64,000 nt of DNA from Nitrospirota bacterium (GTDB taxonomy: Bacteria > Nitrospirota > UBA9217): the NCBI GenBank assembly GCA_963741205.1, contig CAVUHW010000020.1, positions 1 to 64,000 on the forward strand. Direction: 5' to 3'. The translations under genes were made by a program, and so were the position numbers. This document shows positions 22,387 through 33,288 of the stretch, in pieces. The stretch's first letter is position 1. Every line of letters starts with the position of its first letter. The notes under the pieces were generated by a model. That model had not been told where the DNA came from. It searched no databases and saw only the letters and a program-made list of their open reading frames with translations.

Positions 22387-23039
22387 AGAGTTTATGATTT
22401 ATTATATAGGTTTCAACCGCTTCAGGCAAGTGATATTTGATGCTTCTGCCCTCTTTCGTCCTCTTCCTTATATCAGTTGAGGAAATATCGTACAAGGGAA
22501 TCATTTCCAGAAAGACGTTTATCCCGCCCGACCGTAAAACCCATTGTGACTGAAGGCCGCTGTCGAGTCCGGATAGTTCGGCCCCGGCGGGCCCCATGAA
22601 ATCTATCTTCGCGAGGTCGCTGAAGCGGTAGCCGGGCCGTGAGAGCACGACGAAGCTGCACGAGGGTTACCAGCCTGTCCCAGCGGTTCCAGGTCTGGAT
22701 CTCAAGGAAAGAATCGAGTCCGGTGATAAAGAACAGCGCCGCGTCGGGATAAGATTGAATCAGCGTCTCGATCGTGTCGATGGTATACGACCTGCCTCCG
22801 CGCCTGATTTCCAGGTCGGATGGTTCAAAGCAAGAGTTGCCCTCTAGCGCCAGTCGGACCATCTCCATCCGGTGTTCGGCCGCCGGTACGTCCTCCTCAT
22901 GCTTATGGGGGGGGATTGCGGACGGGATGAACAGTATCCGGTCCAGCTTCAGCCGGTCTCGGACTTCTTCAGCAGCGGCCAGGTGGCCGTAATGGATCGG
23001 ATTGAACGTCCCGCCGAGGATGCCGATTCTTGATGACAA
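22379..23039 (-). CDS. nadD: Nicotinate-nucleotide adenylyltransferase (frameshifted)
   Basis: [27 protein letters not shown]; conserved order proA-nadD-rsfS-rlmH. Confidence 0.95.
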
Positions 23040-23152
23040 AAGACCTCCGATTAAACCACGATGGGTGATAGACGATCGCTCGCGTTGTTCGCTGGGATGA
23101 TGGACGAGAAAGCTTTTGCGTCCTTCGTCTCTTGTTCCCTCGTCCCTCTTGT

Positions 23153-24410
23153 CTATTTCCTGATCTGTCCGTTTCCGAACACGATGAACTTGGTCGAGGT
23201 GAGTTCTTCGAGCCCCATGGGACCTCGAGCATGGATCCTCGTTGTCGAAATGCCGATTTCGGCGCCGAGACCGAATTCGAATCCGTCGTTCAAACGCGTC
23301 GAGGCGTTCACGAAAACGGCTGATGCGTCCACCTCACGCTGGAAACGCCGCGCGTTCTGGTAGTCGTTCGTTACAATGGCCTCGGAGTGCTGCGAACCGT
23401 GGGCCGCTATGTGCGCCATCGCATCCTCCATGCTGGAAACGGTCTTCACATTCAGGATGAGGTCGTTATACTCCGTATCCCAGTCACTTGTCCGTGGCTT
23501 CCGTGATGCCGGGTACAACCGCAATGGTTTTCGCGCAGCCGCGGATCTCGACACCCGCCTTTTTCATCCTTTCGATGACCTTCGGGAGAAACGTCTTTGC
23601 CGCGTCCTGATGCACGAGCATGGTTTCCATGGCATTGCAGGTCCCGGGCCTCTGGACCTTGGCGTTGAAGCATATCTCCTCGGCCATGGCAAGGTCCGCC
23701 TTGCTGTCCACGTATACATGGCAGATTCCCTTGTCGTGCTTGATCACCGGTATCGTGGAGTTCTCCGAGACCATGCGGATCAGCCCCTCGCCGCCGCGTG
23801 GGATGATGAGGTCAATGTATTGATTGAGTTTCAGCATCTCCATGACGCAGGCCCGATCGGGATTTTCGATAAACGATACCGCTCCGGCGGGAATGCCTGC
23901 CTCGGCCCCGGCCTTCGACAGTACCTCGACGATCGCGTTGTTGGAGTGTACGGCCTCGGACCCCCCGCGCAAAAGAACGCCGTTCCCGGACTTGAGGCAG
24001 AGCGCGGCCGAATCGGCGGTCACATTGGGGCGTGATTCGTAGATGATCCCGATCAGGCCGATGGGCACGCGCATCCTGCCCACTTCCATGCCGTTGGGCC
24101 TGCGCCACATCCTGAGCACCTCGCCCACCGGGTCGGGCAGCGCCGCGACCTCGCGCAGCCCGTCCGCCATGGCCTTGATCCGATCATGGGTTAGCGTCAA
24201 ACGGTCGATCATGGCCTTGGAGAGGCCTTTCTTCTCCGCCTCCATCAGGTCCTTCCGGTTCTCGGAGATGAGCTTGGCGGCTTCCTTTTCAAGGCCCGCC
24301 GCCATCTTGAAGAGCGCGTTATTCTTGATCTCCGTCGAGATGTTTGCCAGCGTCCGCGAAGCCGCCTTGGCCTTTTCCGCTTTTTCGGAAACGAATTGTT
24401 TGATGTCCAA
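23153..24410 (-). CDS. proA: Gamma-glutamyl phosphate reductase (frameshifted)
   Basis: [55 protein letters not shown]. Confidence 0.96.
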
Positions 24411-24443
24411 TGGTGCCTCCTCTGTCCCACGACGGCCGCAAGC

Positions 24444-24955
24444 TCATTTCGTGAGCTTGCCGGCCCTTTCCCTCAACACTTTTTCGCTCTCGATCTCGCC
24501 GTAGATGATGTGCTTCAATTTGCCGTCCCCGCCAATGAAGAACGTCGATGGGCAGGAACCGGACCCCGTATTGTTCACCGACCTTGCCGTAGCGGATCAC
24601 TCAAGACCAACGGCTTGTTCACTTTCAGTTCGGCAAGCATTTCCTTGATCGTGTCGAAATCCTCCATAAACCCGATGATCACGACTTTGACACCCTTTGC
24701 CTTCATGTCATCGACGAGGGAATTAACGAGCGGAAGTTCGTTCCTGCACGGAACGCACCAGGAGGCGAAAAAACTCAGGATGACGCCGTTCGCCTTCTCT
24801 TTGCTGTTTGCTCCCACAACATCGCTCAGCTTAAAATCCCGTCCTTCACGGTCCTTGAGGGAGAAGTCCGGCGCAGGATCGTCCATTTTGAGCGCGGCGG
24901 AGGCTGACGATACAAAAAGGAAAAACATGAAGAGGGCCAGTGCACTTTTTTTCAT
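24444..24955 (-). CDS. TlpA-family thiol:disulfide oxidoreductase (frameshifted)
   Basis: Signal peptide, APDFSL, FFASWCVPCRNELP; C-terminal LPxTFFIG-type motif. Confidence 0.85.
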
Positions 24956-24995
24956 TTTGCAATCTCCCATTTTCAAATATTCAATTTTCGGTCCC

Positions 24996-26138
24996 TTACA
25001 ATATGACCAGATCGTCCCGGTGGATCACTTCATCGTAATCCTTATGCCCAAGCACCGAGGCGATCTGGGAGGTTTTGAGCCCTTTGATGCGGTCGAGGTC
25101 CGTTGACGAGTACTTGGCGAGTCCGCGAGCAAATACGTTTCCGCCAATGTCGGCGCAGGACACGCAGTCTCCGATCTTGAACATCCCCTCGACCTTCACG
25201 ATCCCGCCGGGAAGAAGGCTCTTGCCTTTCTGCATGAGGGCCTCCCGCGCCCCGTTGTCCACAACAAGCCTGCCGCTGGTGCAGACCGTATAGGCTATCC
25301 AGTGCTTCCGGCTCTCCAACTTCTCGGGGCGGGGCAGGAACAGCGTGCCCACGTCCCTGCCTTCGAAGAGTGCGGGGAGTATGCCGTTCTTCTTGCCGTT
25401 CACGATCACCATGGGTACGCCGATGGCGCCGACCTTCTTCGCCGTCATGATCTTGGACCGCATGCCGCCGGTCCCGACAGCCGTCTGAGCGTCGCCTGCG
25501 CCGCGTTCCACGTCTGCGGTTATTTTCTCCACGAGCGGGATCAGCTGAGCGCGGGGGTCCATTCTGGGGTCGGCGGTATAAAGGCCGTCGATGTCCGAAA
25601 GGATCACGAGCAGGTCTGCATCGGCCAGATGAGCCACCATGCCTGAAAGGTTGTCGTTGTCGCCGAACTTAATCTCATCAACGGCTACGGTATCGTTCTC
25701 ATTGATGACCGGGATCACGTCGTAATCGAGAAGCGTCTGGAGCGTGTTTCTTGCGTTCAGAAAACGGGTGCGGTTCGAAAGGTCCTCGCGCGTCAGCAGC
25801 ACCTGCGCCACCTTGCGGCCGTGTGCCGCAAAGGTTTTTTCATAAGCCCACATGAGGCCGGACTGGCCGAGGGCCGCGGCTGCCTGTTTGAGCGAAAGGG
25901 GCATGCTCTTTTTCTTTTTCAGTCCCAGCTTTGCCAGTCCGGCGGCGATGGCACCCGATGATACGAGGATGACCTCCCGCCCCTTCTCCGAGATGAACGA
26001 GATATCCTCAGCGAGCCGGTCGATCCGGCCCTGATCGAGCCCCTCCTCGGCGTTCGTTAAAACCGAGCTGCCGACCTTGATCACGACGCGACGGGACTTG
26101 GAGAAAATGGTTTTTCGATCTGTCTTGATATTTTTCAT
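24996..26138 (-). CDS. proB: Glutamate 5-kinase
   Basis: VIKVGSS, VSSGAIAAG, INENDTV, FGDNDNL, GTGGMRSK, PUA domain; real start probably MKNIK at 26138. Confidence 0.96.
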   Translation of the reverse strand: MKNIKTDRKTIFSKSRRVVIKVGSSVLTNAEEGLDQGRIDRLAEDISFISEKGREVILVSSGAIAAGLAKLGLKKKKSMPLSLKQAAAALGQSGLMWAYEKTFAAHGRKVAQVLLTREDLSNRTRFLNARNTLQTLLDYDVIPVINENDTVAVDEIKFGDNDNLSGMVAHLADADLLVILSDIDGLYTADPRMDPRAQLIPLVEKITADVERGAGDAQTAVGTGGMRSKIMTAKKVGAIGVPMVIVNGKKNGILPALFEGRDVGTLFLPRPEKLESRKHWIAYTVCTSGRLVVDNGAREALMQKGKSLLPGGIVKVEGMFKIGDCVSCADIGGNVFARGLAKYSSTDLDRIKGLKTSQIASVLGHKDYDEVIHRDDLVIL

Positions 26139-26182
26139 GTATCTCAATTTATAACGTCGTCCCTGGCAACTGCCCGTAAGTC

Positions 26183-26269
26183 CATCGTCCCCCGAATGCC
26201 TCAATCGGGGATCCGGTGTTAAAAAAAACCGGATTACGGATAGAGCCGTTCGGAAACGGCCGATGAACG
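26183..26269. repeat. Degenerate CGTC-type REP-like palindrome
   Basis: TCCCCGA/TCGGGGA, TCCGGT/ACCGGA and GCCGTT/AACGGC hairpins in the obgE-proB gap. Confidence 0.5.
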
Positions 26270-26288
26270 GCTGCCCTTGTTCCGGCAA

Positions 26289-27341
<1,053 letters not shown>

Positions 27342-27440
27342 TCACTTGTAGCATAAACGCGACAAATGGTTTTTTAAACAATGTTTTCAATAAAATATAC
27401 AGTTATACGGCTGAAAATGCAAGCTGTGTCTTGAATACGT

Positions 27441-27472
27441 AAAAAAGGCGGCATAGAACTCTATGCCGCCTT
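27441..27472 (-). terminator. Intrinsic terminator after rpmA
   Basis: AAGGCGGCATAG/CTATGCCGCCTT stem with an A-run. Confidence 0.85.
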
Positions 27473-27498
27473 CGGTAGTCGATCTTGTCTTTGAACCT

Positions 27499-27756
27499 TT
27501 ACGATGCCGCGTACACGCTCACCTGCTTGCGGGTCTTGTCCTTGCGCTCGAACTTCACTATGCCGTTAATCTTGGCGAAGAGTGTGTCATCGCAGCCCTT
27601 GCCGACGTTCGTGCCGGGATGGATCCTGGTGCCCCTTTGACGAATGATGATCGTCCCCGCGCTCACCACCTGTCCGTCATACCGCTTCACGCCGAGGAAC
27701 TGCGGATTGCTGTCTCTTCCGTTTCTTGAACTGCCGACGCCTTTTTTATGAGCCAT
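27499..27756 (-). CDS. rpmA: 50S ribosomal protein L27
   Basis: [24 protein letters not shown]. Confidence 0.99.
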   Translation of the reverse strand: MAHKKGVGSSRNGRDSNPQFLGVKRYDGQVVSAGTIIIRQRGTRIHPGTNVGKGCDDTLFAKINGIVKFERKDKTRKQVSVYAAS

Positions 27757-27848
27757 TTCAAATCCTCCGGAATAAATACCATTTTAAATTCGAATATCCG
27801 AATCAAATAATTTTTTTAAATCTTAGGATTTCGGACTTAGAATTTGTG

Positions 27849-28160
27849 TTACGCTATTATTTCCTTCACCTTTATCGCGGTGTAGTTCTGACGATGCCCA
27901 TTGGTCCTGCGATATCCTTTTCGTTTCTTGTGTTTAAAGATAAGGAGTTTCTCCCCCCTGCCGTCTCCCATGACTTCGGCCGTGACCCTGGCGGACGGAA
28001 GCATAGGCTTGCCGATGGATACCTTCTCGCCGTCGGCGATCATATAGACGTCCTTTAATTCAATGGTATCGCCCTTTTTTGCATCCAGGCTCTCAACCCT
28101 TACGACATCGCCGGGGGCAACTTTATACTGCTTGCCTCCCGTAGTGATAACTGCATACAT
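27849..28160 (-). CDS. rplU: 50S ribosomal protein L21
   Basis: MYAVITTGGKQYKV, GHRQNYT; GGAGG RBS. Confidence 0.99.
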   Translation of the reverse strand: MYAVITTGGKQYKVAPGDVVRVESLDAKKGDTIELKDVYMIADGEKVSIGKPMLPSARVTAEVMGDGRGEKLLIFKHKKRKGYRRTNGHRQNYTAIKVKEIIA

Positions 28161-28266
28161 GCTGAAACCTCCTTCATCCATTCAAATCTTCATGCGTTAA
28201 GAGGGCATAAAATACCATTTAACTAAGGGACTTGTCAAGGAAAAAACCTTAGGGCACTATTCCAGT

Positions 28267-29055
28267 TTATGCACCGGCGGGCAGGAACAGGATCGGCAGG
28301 AGAACTTTCTTCGGTTCATCAAGCAATATAACTGCTGCCTTGGCCAGTTCAGACGGTGTTTTTCCTCCCGCAGGCAGCATGATGAGGGAAACCGCTAGGT
28401 CATCGGCAGCCTTCAGAATCTCTTCATCCGGATAACCTGACCTGACCGTCTCGGTTGCTTCAATACCCAGTTCGAGAAGCGCCTTCTTGATTTTCCTGAG
28501 TTCCGCCTCCGTCTTCATTCTGACCTGTTCAAGCTCACTTTTCTCTTCAATGCCATAGAGGTGTATAGGTACGACGCCCAGGAGGGCTATCTTTGAGCCA
28601 GTGTTTTTCGCCTCGTTGACGATGTAGCCCAAATCAGACATGATCCAGCCGGAGTTATCTACAGGAATCAGGATGGTGCCCGGCATGACAAACACAGGGC
28701 AAGGCGAGGATTTGACGATACTCTTGTAACGGGGAGACGCAAGAATCAGGTCTGCATGCTCGTCCACTGCAAGACGCAGGATCTCCTGTTCGGGGTCTCC
28801 TTCCTCAGTCACGATGCGGACGGGTGCAGTCTGCCCCGTTTCCCGTATGATGTTGACGGCATCCTGGTAATGTTGTTTCGCCTCGGCCCGCGCCATCTCC
28901 TCGGCCTTCGGCCCTGCGCCGTAATCAATAAACAAGCTGCTTTGAAAAACCTGAAGAACGATAAGCTCTCCGCCTTTTTCCTTCAACTTGCCGAGGCCAT
29001 ATCTGAGAGCAGTCTTGGATTGTAGCGTTCCGTCAAAAATCGTAAGTATTTTCAT
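28267..29055 (-). CDS. Tandem-domain universal stress protein (atypical)
   Basis: KILTIFDGT, EGDPEQEIL, TILIPVDNS, GYPDEEILKAA. Confidence 0.85.
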   Translation of the reverse strand: MKILTIFDGTLQSKTALRYGLGKLKEKGGELIVLQVFQSSLFIDYGAGPKAEEMARAEAKQHYQDAVNIIRETGQTAPVRIVTEEGDPEQEILRLAVDEHADLILASPRYKSIVKSSPCPVFVMPGTILIPVDNSGWIMSDLGYIVNEAKNTGSKIALLGVVPIHLYGIEEKSELEQVRMKTEAELRKIKKALLELGIEATETVRSGYPDEEILKAADDLAVSLIMLPAGGKTPSELAKAAVILLDEPKKVLLPILFLPAGA

Positions 29056-29085
29056 AATTGGCCTCCATGCAACTATTTAAACATA

Positions 29086-29129
29086 TGCAGTATATTGATG
29101 CACCTATAATCATGCATATTATACATGCA
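29086..29129. promoter_or_regulatory. Tandem TGCA-N9-TGCA enhancer-like sites
   Basis: TGCAGTATATTGATGCA (29086-29102) and TGCATATTATACATGCA (29113-29129), ~100-145 bp upstream of a sigma54 promoter. Confidence 0.65.
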
Positions 29130-29231
29130 AATCAATGAATACCTCGAACCAAATAACATAAAGAGCAACAATAAACTGCACCAATAAGTTGTTAAGTGGT
29201 TATTAATTATATATTTCAAACAATTGACATT

Positions 29232-29247
29232 TGGTACGAACCTTGCT
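29232..29247 (+). promoter_or_regulatory. Sigma54 promoter
   Basis: TGGTACGAACCTTGCT fits TGGYAC-N5-TTGC. Confidence 0.75.
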
Positions 29248-29292
29248 CTTTATACTTGTAAAGCGTGACACTAAATGAGAACGGAGGTCGTC

Positions 29293-29427
29293 ATGAAAAA
29301 ATTCTTTGCATATATTGAAGACTTGTGGGTTGCTGTTACATTTGCCGAAGCAGGAGTAAGTGAAACTGGACAGACTAAAAAAATAGACATCCGATACAGG
29401 GAAAATGTAAGCGTGCATGCTCGTTGA
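29293..29427 (+). CDS. Small FAEAG-motif protein (44 aa), below the ORF-track cutoff
   Basis: GGAGG RBS; MKKFFAYIEDLWVAVTFAEAGVSETGQTKKIDIRYRENVSVHAR; paralogue at 38125-38298. Confidence 0.75.
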   Translation: MKKFFAYIEDLWVAVTFAEAGVSETGQTKKIDIRYRENVSVHAR

Positions 29428-29684
29428 TAACCCAGAACCGGAGGCTGCCATGAATAGCGACATGTTTATTGTCAGCATACGAAACATCCTGCTTTTTCAA
29501 ATGATCGTCATGACCCTCTACCGTGGTAAAGCTTTGTCGGGTGGCCTGGAGTTTCTCTCGGTCTGGCGATTTCTCAGAAAACCCTTTCTCCCGAACATGG
29601 TCAAGGAAGCGGAAAAAGGAAAGAATCGGTTCTGGGAGATTGATATGACAAAGTTCGAACCCTGAGACTCCGACTGCATGGTAT

Positions 29685-29888
29685 TCAAACCAAGCGCGAT
29701 ACCGCATAGAGGACATAGATCAGCGTCGCAACCGGTCCGAAGGTAACAACATTGGATGCGACCTTCCCCGCGAAGACGCGATAGAGATCGCTCCTTCCCA
29801 TGACGCCCGGGGCCACGAGCGCACCGATAATCATTAACTGAAAAGCTTGGATAAATCCCGCTTGCTGAAATGCATATTCAAAATCCAT
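29685..29888 (-). CDS. Small hypothetical membrane protein (67 aa)
   Basis: AAGGGAG RBS; two hydrophobic segments; directly downstream of a USP gene. Confidence 0.5.
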   Translation of the reverse strand: MDFEYAFQQAGFIQAFQLMIIGALVAPGVMGRSDLYRVFAGKVASNVVTFGPVATLIYVLYAVSRLV

Positions 29889-29963
29889 GACGATTCTCCC
29901 TTGAATTTTTTTTAGTTCGTATTCAGAATTTAATCTGTTACTTAGTGCTTTACCTCAAAGACC

Positions 29964-30386
29964 TTACATTGTTTTCGTCGAACACGCCGCGAGTTCCATC
30001 TCGCCGGCAAGCTCCGACGCATCGACGGCCTTCTGATACTTCTTGATGATTCCCTTAAACTTAGGAGGACAAAGCAGGAGGTCCACTTTGTTTATCTTCG
30101 CAAAGCTGATCACTTCCTCCTCAGGATTTCCCTCCGCGCTGAACAGGCTCGTATGGACGCCGTTGCCCTTTTCACGGATCAATGATTTCGCCTCTTCCAC
30201 CAGCCTGGCAGACTCCTGGCGCGCCATAGCCTCCGCGTCTATTGTCGCGTCGTAATCGAAGAACATCCCGCTGTTGAATACATGAAGCGCCACCACCTCG
30301 CCGCCCTTCTCTCGCGCCTTCTCCATCCCGTATACCAAAGCTTCCTTCGCTTGCAGCGTCCCGTCATAAGCAACCATGATCTTCAT
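29964..30386 (-). CDS. Universal stress protein (single domain, atypical)
   Basis: KIMVAYDGT, EGNPEEEVI; paralogue of the N-domain of 28267-29055. Confidence 0.88.
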   Translation of the reverse strand: MKIMVAYDGTLQAKEALVYGMEKAREKGGEVVALHVFNSGMFFDYDATIDAEAMARQESARLVEEAKSLIREKGNGVHTSLFSAEGNPEEEVISFAKINKVDLLLCPPKFKGIIKKYQKAVDASELAGEMELAACSTKTM

Positions 30387-30431
30387 TGTGAGTCCTCCTG
30401 TTTTTTTGTTTGCGTTCTTGCTTGGGTATTA

Positions 30432-30447
30432 TGCAGGAGATGTGCCA
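30432..30447 (-). promoter_or_regulatory. Sigma54 promoter
   Basis: TGGCACATCTCCTGCA on the minus strand (GG-N10-GC). Confidence 0.72.
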
Positions 30448-30488
30448 AATTATAGATCAGAACTTTTTCAATTGGTTAGAGTGAATTG

Positions 30489-30531
30489 TGCAGTTTTTTT
30501 ACTGCATGAGGGGGCGCAAGATATTACTGCG
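30489..30531. promoter_or_regulatory. Tandem TGCA-type enhancer-like sites
   Basis: TGCAGTTTTTTTACTGCA (30489-30506) and CGCAAGATATTACTGCG (30515-30531). Confidence 0.6.
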
Positions 30532-30584
30532 GTAAGAGCGGTGGATTTGCAATTTCCAATTTTCTTCAGCGGTTTATGGCAGCG

Positions 30585-31625
30585 CTATGGTTTCCTGCCG
30601 GTAACGATGTTCCAATAGCCGAACGTCGATATCACGTCTACGTCGGAAAACCCCGCTTGCATCAGCATAAGGGACAATTCGTTGCCTGAAAACTGCTGGC
30701 CTTCGGTCCACATCAGCATGGACACGTTGTACCCTGCGATGGTAAAAGGACCGGCCTTCTCCTTATCGAAAAGCATTTCGTGGATGATGATACGGCCTCC
30801 CGGTTCGAGGCTTTCGAAGCTCTTCCTCGTCAGAAACCGGCATTTCTCAGGTGTAAAGTCATGGTAGATGTCCGAATAGAAGTGCAGGTCCGACAGGGGA
30901 AAAGGATCTTTCCACATATCGACGGCCCGCGTCTCGATGCGGTCCTTGAGCCCATAGGAGAAAATGTACTCCTTTGCTACCTCGCAAACAGCCGCGAGAT
31001 CTATGATGACCGTTCGCAGTTGCGGCCATCTCAGCGCGGCGCCTATGGAATGCGCGCCTGAGCCGCCACCCACATCGAGCATCAGCCGGTGTCCGGAGAG
31101 GTCAATCCTGTCCGGCCAGGCGAGCGCAGGGGCCATACTGTGGCTGTGCATCATCCGGGCGAATAAGCGCGCCCGTTCAGTTTGTCCTTCATGAACGGTG
31201 TAAATGTCCTCGCCTCCATAGACCTGGGGAACGTTGGTAAGAAAGGCTTTTTTCAAGCGGTCATACGCAAGAACTCCGTACGCTATGGATATGTCGAAGA
31301 AGCTGCCAAAATACGTTGCTCCGCCCTCAACGAGATAATCCTCTGACACCGGCGTGAGCGACCAGAGGCCGTCCCTGGCCACGAGCAGGCCGAGAGAAGC
31401 GCAGGCTGAAACAAGGGCCTCGGCGGGACGGGCGGCGATATGCAGCGAATCACAGATCTCAGCTACCGTGAGTGGTTTTTTCGCGAGAAGAGTAAAGAGC
31501 TTGAGGTCATGGGCGAGGAGAACGGCCTGATGGCCGTAGATTCCCATGATGATGTCCCAGAGGGGCCTATCGTCAGTCCTTGGCTTCCGTATATCAGCGG
31601 GTTTCTGGCTGTTCATCGTAATCAT
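30585..31625 (-). CDS. SAM-dependent O-methyltransferase (dimerisation domain + methyltransf_2)
   Basis: LDVGGGSGAHS, DMWKDPFP, IYHDF, LEPGGRIIIHE. Confidence 0.9.
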   Translation of the reverse strand: MITMNSQKPADIRKPRTDDRPLWDIIMGIYGHQAVLLAHDLKLFTLLAKKPLTVAEICDSLHIAARPAEALVSACASLGLLVARDGLWSLTPVSEDYLVEGGATYFGSFFDISIAYGVLAYDRLKKAFLTNVPQVYGGEDIYTVHEGQTERARLFARMMHSHSMAPALAWPDRIDLSGHRLMLDVGGGSGAHSIGAALRWPQLRTVIIDLAAVCEVAKEYIFSYGLKDRIETRAVDMWKDPFPLSDLHFYSDIYHDFTPEKCRFLTRKSFESLEPGGRIIIHEMLFDKEKAGPFTIAGYNVSMLMWTEGQQFSGNELSLMLMQAGFSDVDVISTFGYWNIVTGRKP

Positions 31626-31863
31626 CCTGTTAAATTTCTATATCATGAGGCGTGCACTGTTGCAGAACGCATAAAAACATCGAATAACACCCTTTAGCCT
31701 GCCTCGAATGACTAAATCAGGAAGCCATTCCGGTTTGCCCGGAATTTTTCATTTTCAGGAATGGATTCCTTCCGCTCTTGGTCATGCCGCGGCAGGCTGA
31801 GAAACAATCGGATATGACATATTTATTTAGACCGTAATGATAAGTATAGATGAAATTCAAGTC

Positions 31864-33288
31864 TTATGTTGGGATTGGGTCCGGAAAGTCCGGGATTACC
31901 GTTCCGGAGAAATCGTTGCGAGGTCGATGCCGAGAAGCCGGATTTTCTGCTGCAAGTTCTGGCGGTGGACGTTCAGGTAGCCGGGCCGCTTCGGAAATGT
32001 TCCCGCCCGATTCGATGAGCGCCGCGATGATGAGGCTTTTTTCAAATTGACCTTTGGCGTCCTTGAGGGGCATGATCGGTATCTTTTGAACATCCTGGCC
32101 CATCTTTCTTTCCTCGAGGATGTACTTCGGAAGATCGTCCTTCCGGATAACGGGGCCTGCGGTAAAGGCAATGGCGTACTCGATGGAATTCTCGAGCTCG
32201 CGTACGTTTCCGGGGAAATGGTATCCGACCAGGGCCTGCATTCCGTCCGTGTCGATTCCTGTGATATTCTTCTCTGGCGCCTTGGCCTTGTGCTTACCGA
32301 TGAAGTGGTTTACGAGGAGCGGGATGTCGTCCTGCCTCCTCCTGAGCGGCGGAAGCTCGATGGGAATCACATTCAAACGATAGTAAAGGTCCTCCCGGAA
32401 TTGCTTGTCGGCGATCGCTTTCTTCAAGTCCTTGTTCGTGGCCGCCACGACGCGCACATCGACCTTTCTGGTCTGATTGTCGCCGATGCGCGTGAACTCC
32501 CCTTCCTGCAGCACGCGAAGAAGCTTCACCTGGAGCGGCGGCGAAAGCTCCCCGATCTCGTCGAGGAAGAGAGTGCCCTTGTCCGCTTCTTCCACGAGCC
32601 CCTTCTTGTCCGCTACCGCGCTCGTATACGAGCCCTTCACATGGCCGAAAAGCTCGGACTCGATCAAGCCGTCGGGGATCGCTCCGCAGTTCACGGTCAC
32701 GAACCTCCGGCGCGCCCGCACGCTGTTCGAGTGGATGGCGCGCGCCACGAGTTCCTTGCCCGTGCCGCTCTCGCCGGTCACGAGCACGTTCGACTCGCTC
32801 GACGCCGCATGGCGCATGACACGGAAGGTCTCCCGGATCTCCGGGCTGTTGCCGATGATGCTCTGAAAGGAGTACCGCGTCTCGAGCTGCGACCGGAGTA
32901 TGAGATTTTCCCGTTCGAGCCTCCGTTTGTCAAGCGCCCGCCTGATCGGGATCCTGACCTCGTCCGGGGTGAAAGGTTTGGGGATATAGTCGTAGATCCC
33001 TTTCTTGACCGCGTCCACGGCTGAGGAAATCGTGCCGAAGGCGGTGATGATGATGAAGATGCTGTCCGCCGCGGCGTCCTTGACGGCGTCGTACAGTTCC
33101 AGTCCGCTCATCTTCGGCATCTTGAGGTCCGAGATGATGAGGTCGTAGGCGTTCCTCTTGATATCCTCGGCTGCGGCCACGCTGTCCGTGAAGGCGACGA
33201 CGTCGATCCCTTCGAGCTCGAGGATCGCCTGGACGGCCTCGCACACGCTTGATTCGTCGTCAACCACAATCGCTTTGAACTTATCCAT
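31864..33288 (-). CDS. NtrC-family response regulator (REC-AAA+-HTH) with degenerate GAFTGA (GSYTSA); 3' frameshift
   Basis: VVDDE, SDLKMP, GESGTGKE, LFLDEIGE, FREDLYYRLNV, FPGNVRELEN. Confidence 0.93.
   Translation of the reverse strand: MDKFKAIVVDDESSVCEAVQAILELEGIDVVAFTDSVAAAEDIKRNAYDLIISDLKMPKMSGLELYDAVKDAAADSIFIIITAFGTISSAVDAVKKGIYDYIPKPFTPDEVRIPIRRALDKRRLERENLILRSQLETRYSFQSIIGNSPEIRETFRVMRHAASSESNVLVTGESGTGKELVARAIHSNSVRARRRFVTVNCGAIPDGLIESELFGHVKGSYTSAVADKKGLVEEADKGTLFLDEIGELSPPLQVKLLRVLQEGEFTRIGDNQTRKVDVRVVAATNKDLKKAIADKQFREDLYYRLNVIPIELPPLRRRQDDIPLLVNHFIGKHKAKAPEKNITGIDTDGMQALVGYHFPGNVRELENSIEYAIAFTAGPVIRKDDLPKYILEERKMGQDVQKIPIMPLKDAKGQFEKSLIIAALIESGGNISEAARLPERPPPELAAENPASRHRPRNDFSGTVIPDFPDPIPT

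Noticed and set aside
26139-26288. 50 aa N-terminal extension of ProB
   Set aside because: It crosses a REP-like palindrome, and homology begins only after the ATG at 26138.
29417-29665. 82 aa + strand ORF after the FAEAG peptide
   Set aside because: It has an RBS before ATG 29450 but no recognisable domain; coding status cannot be supported (possible remnant).
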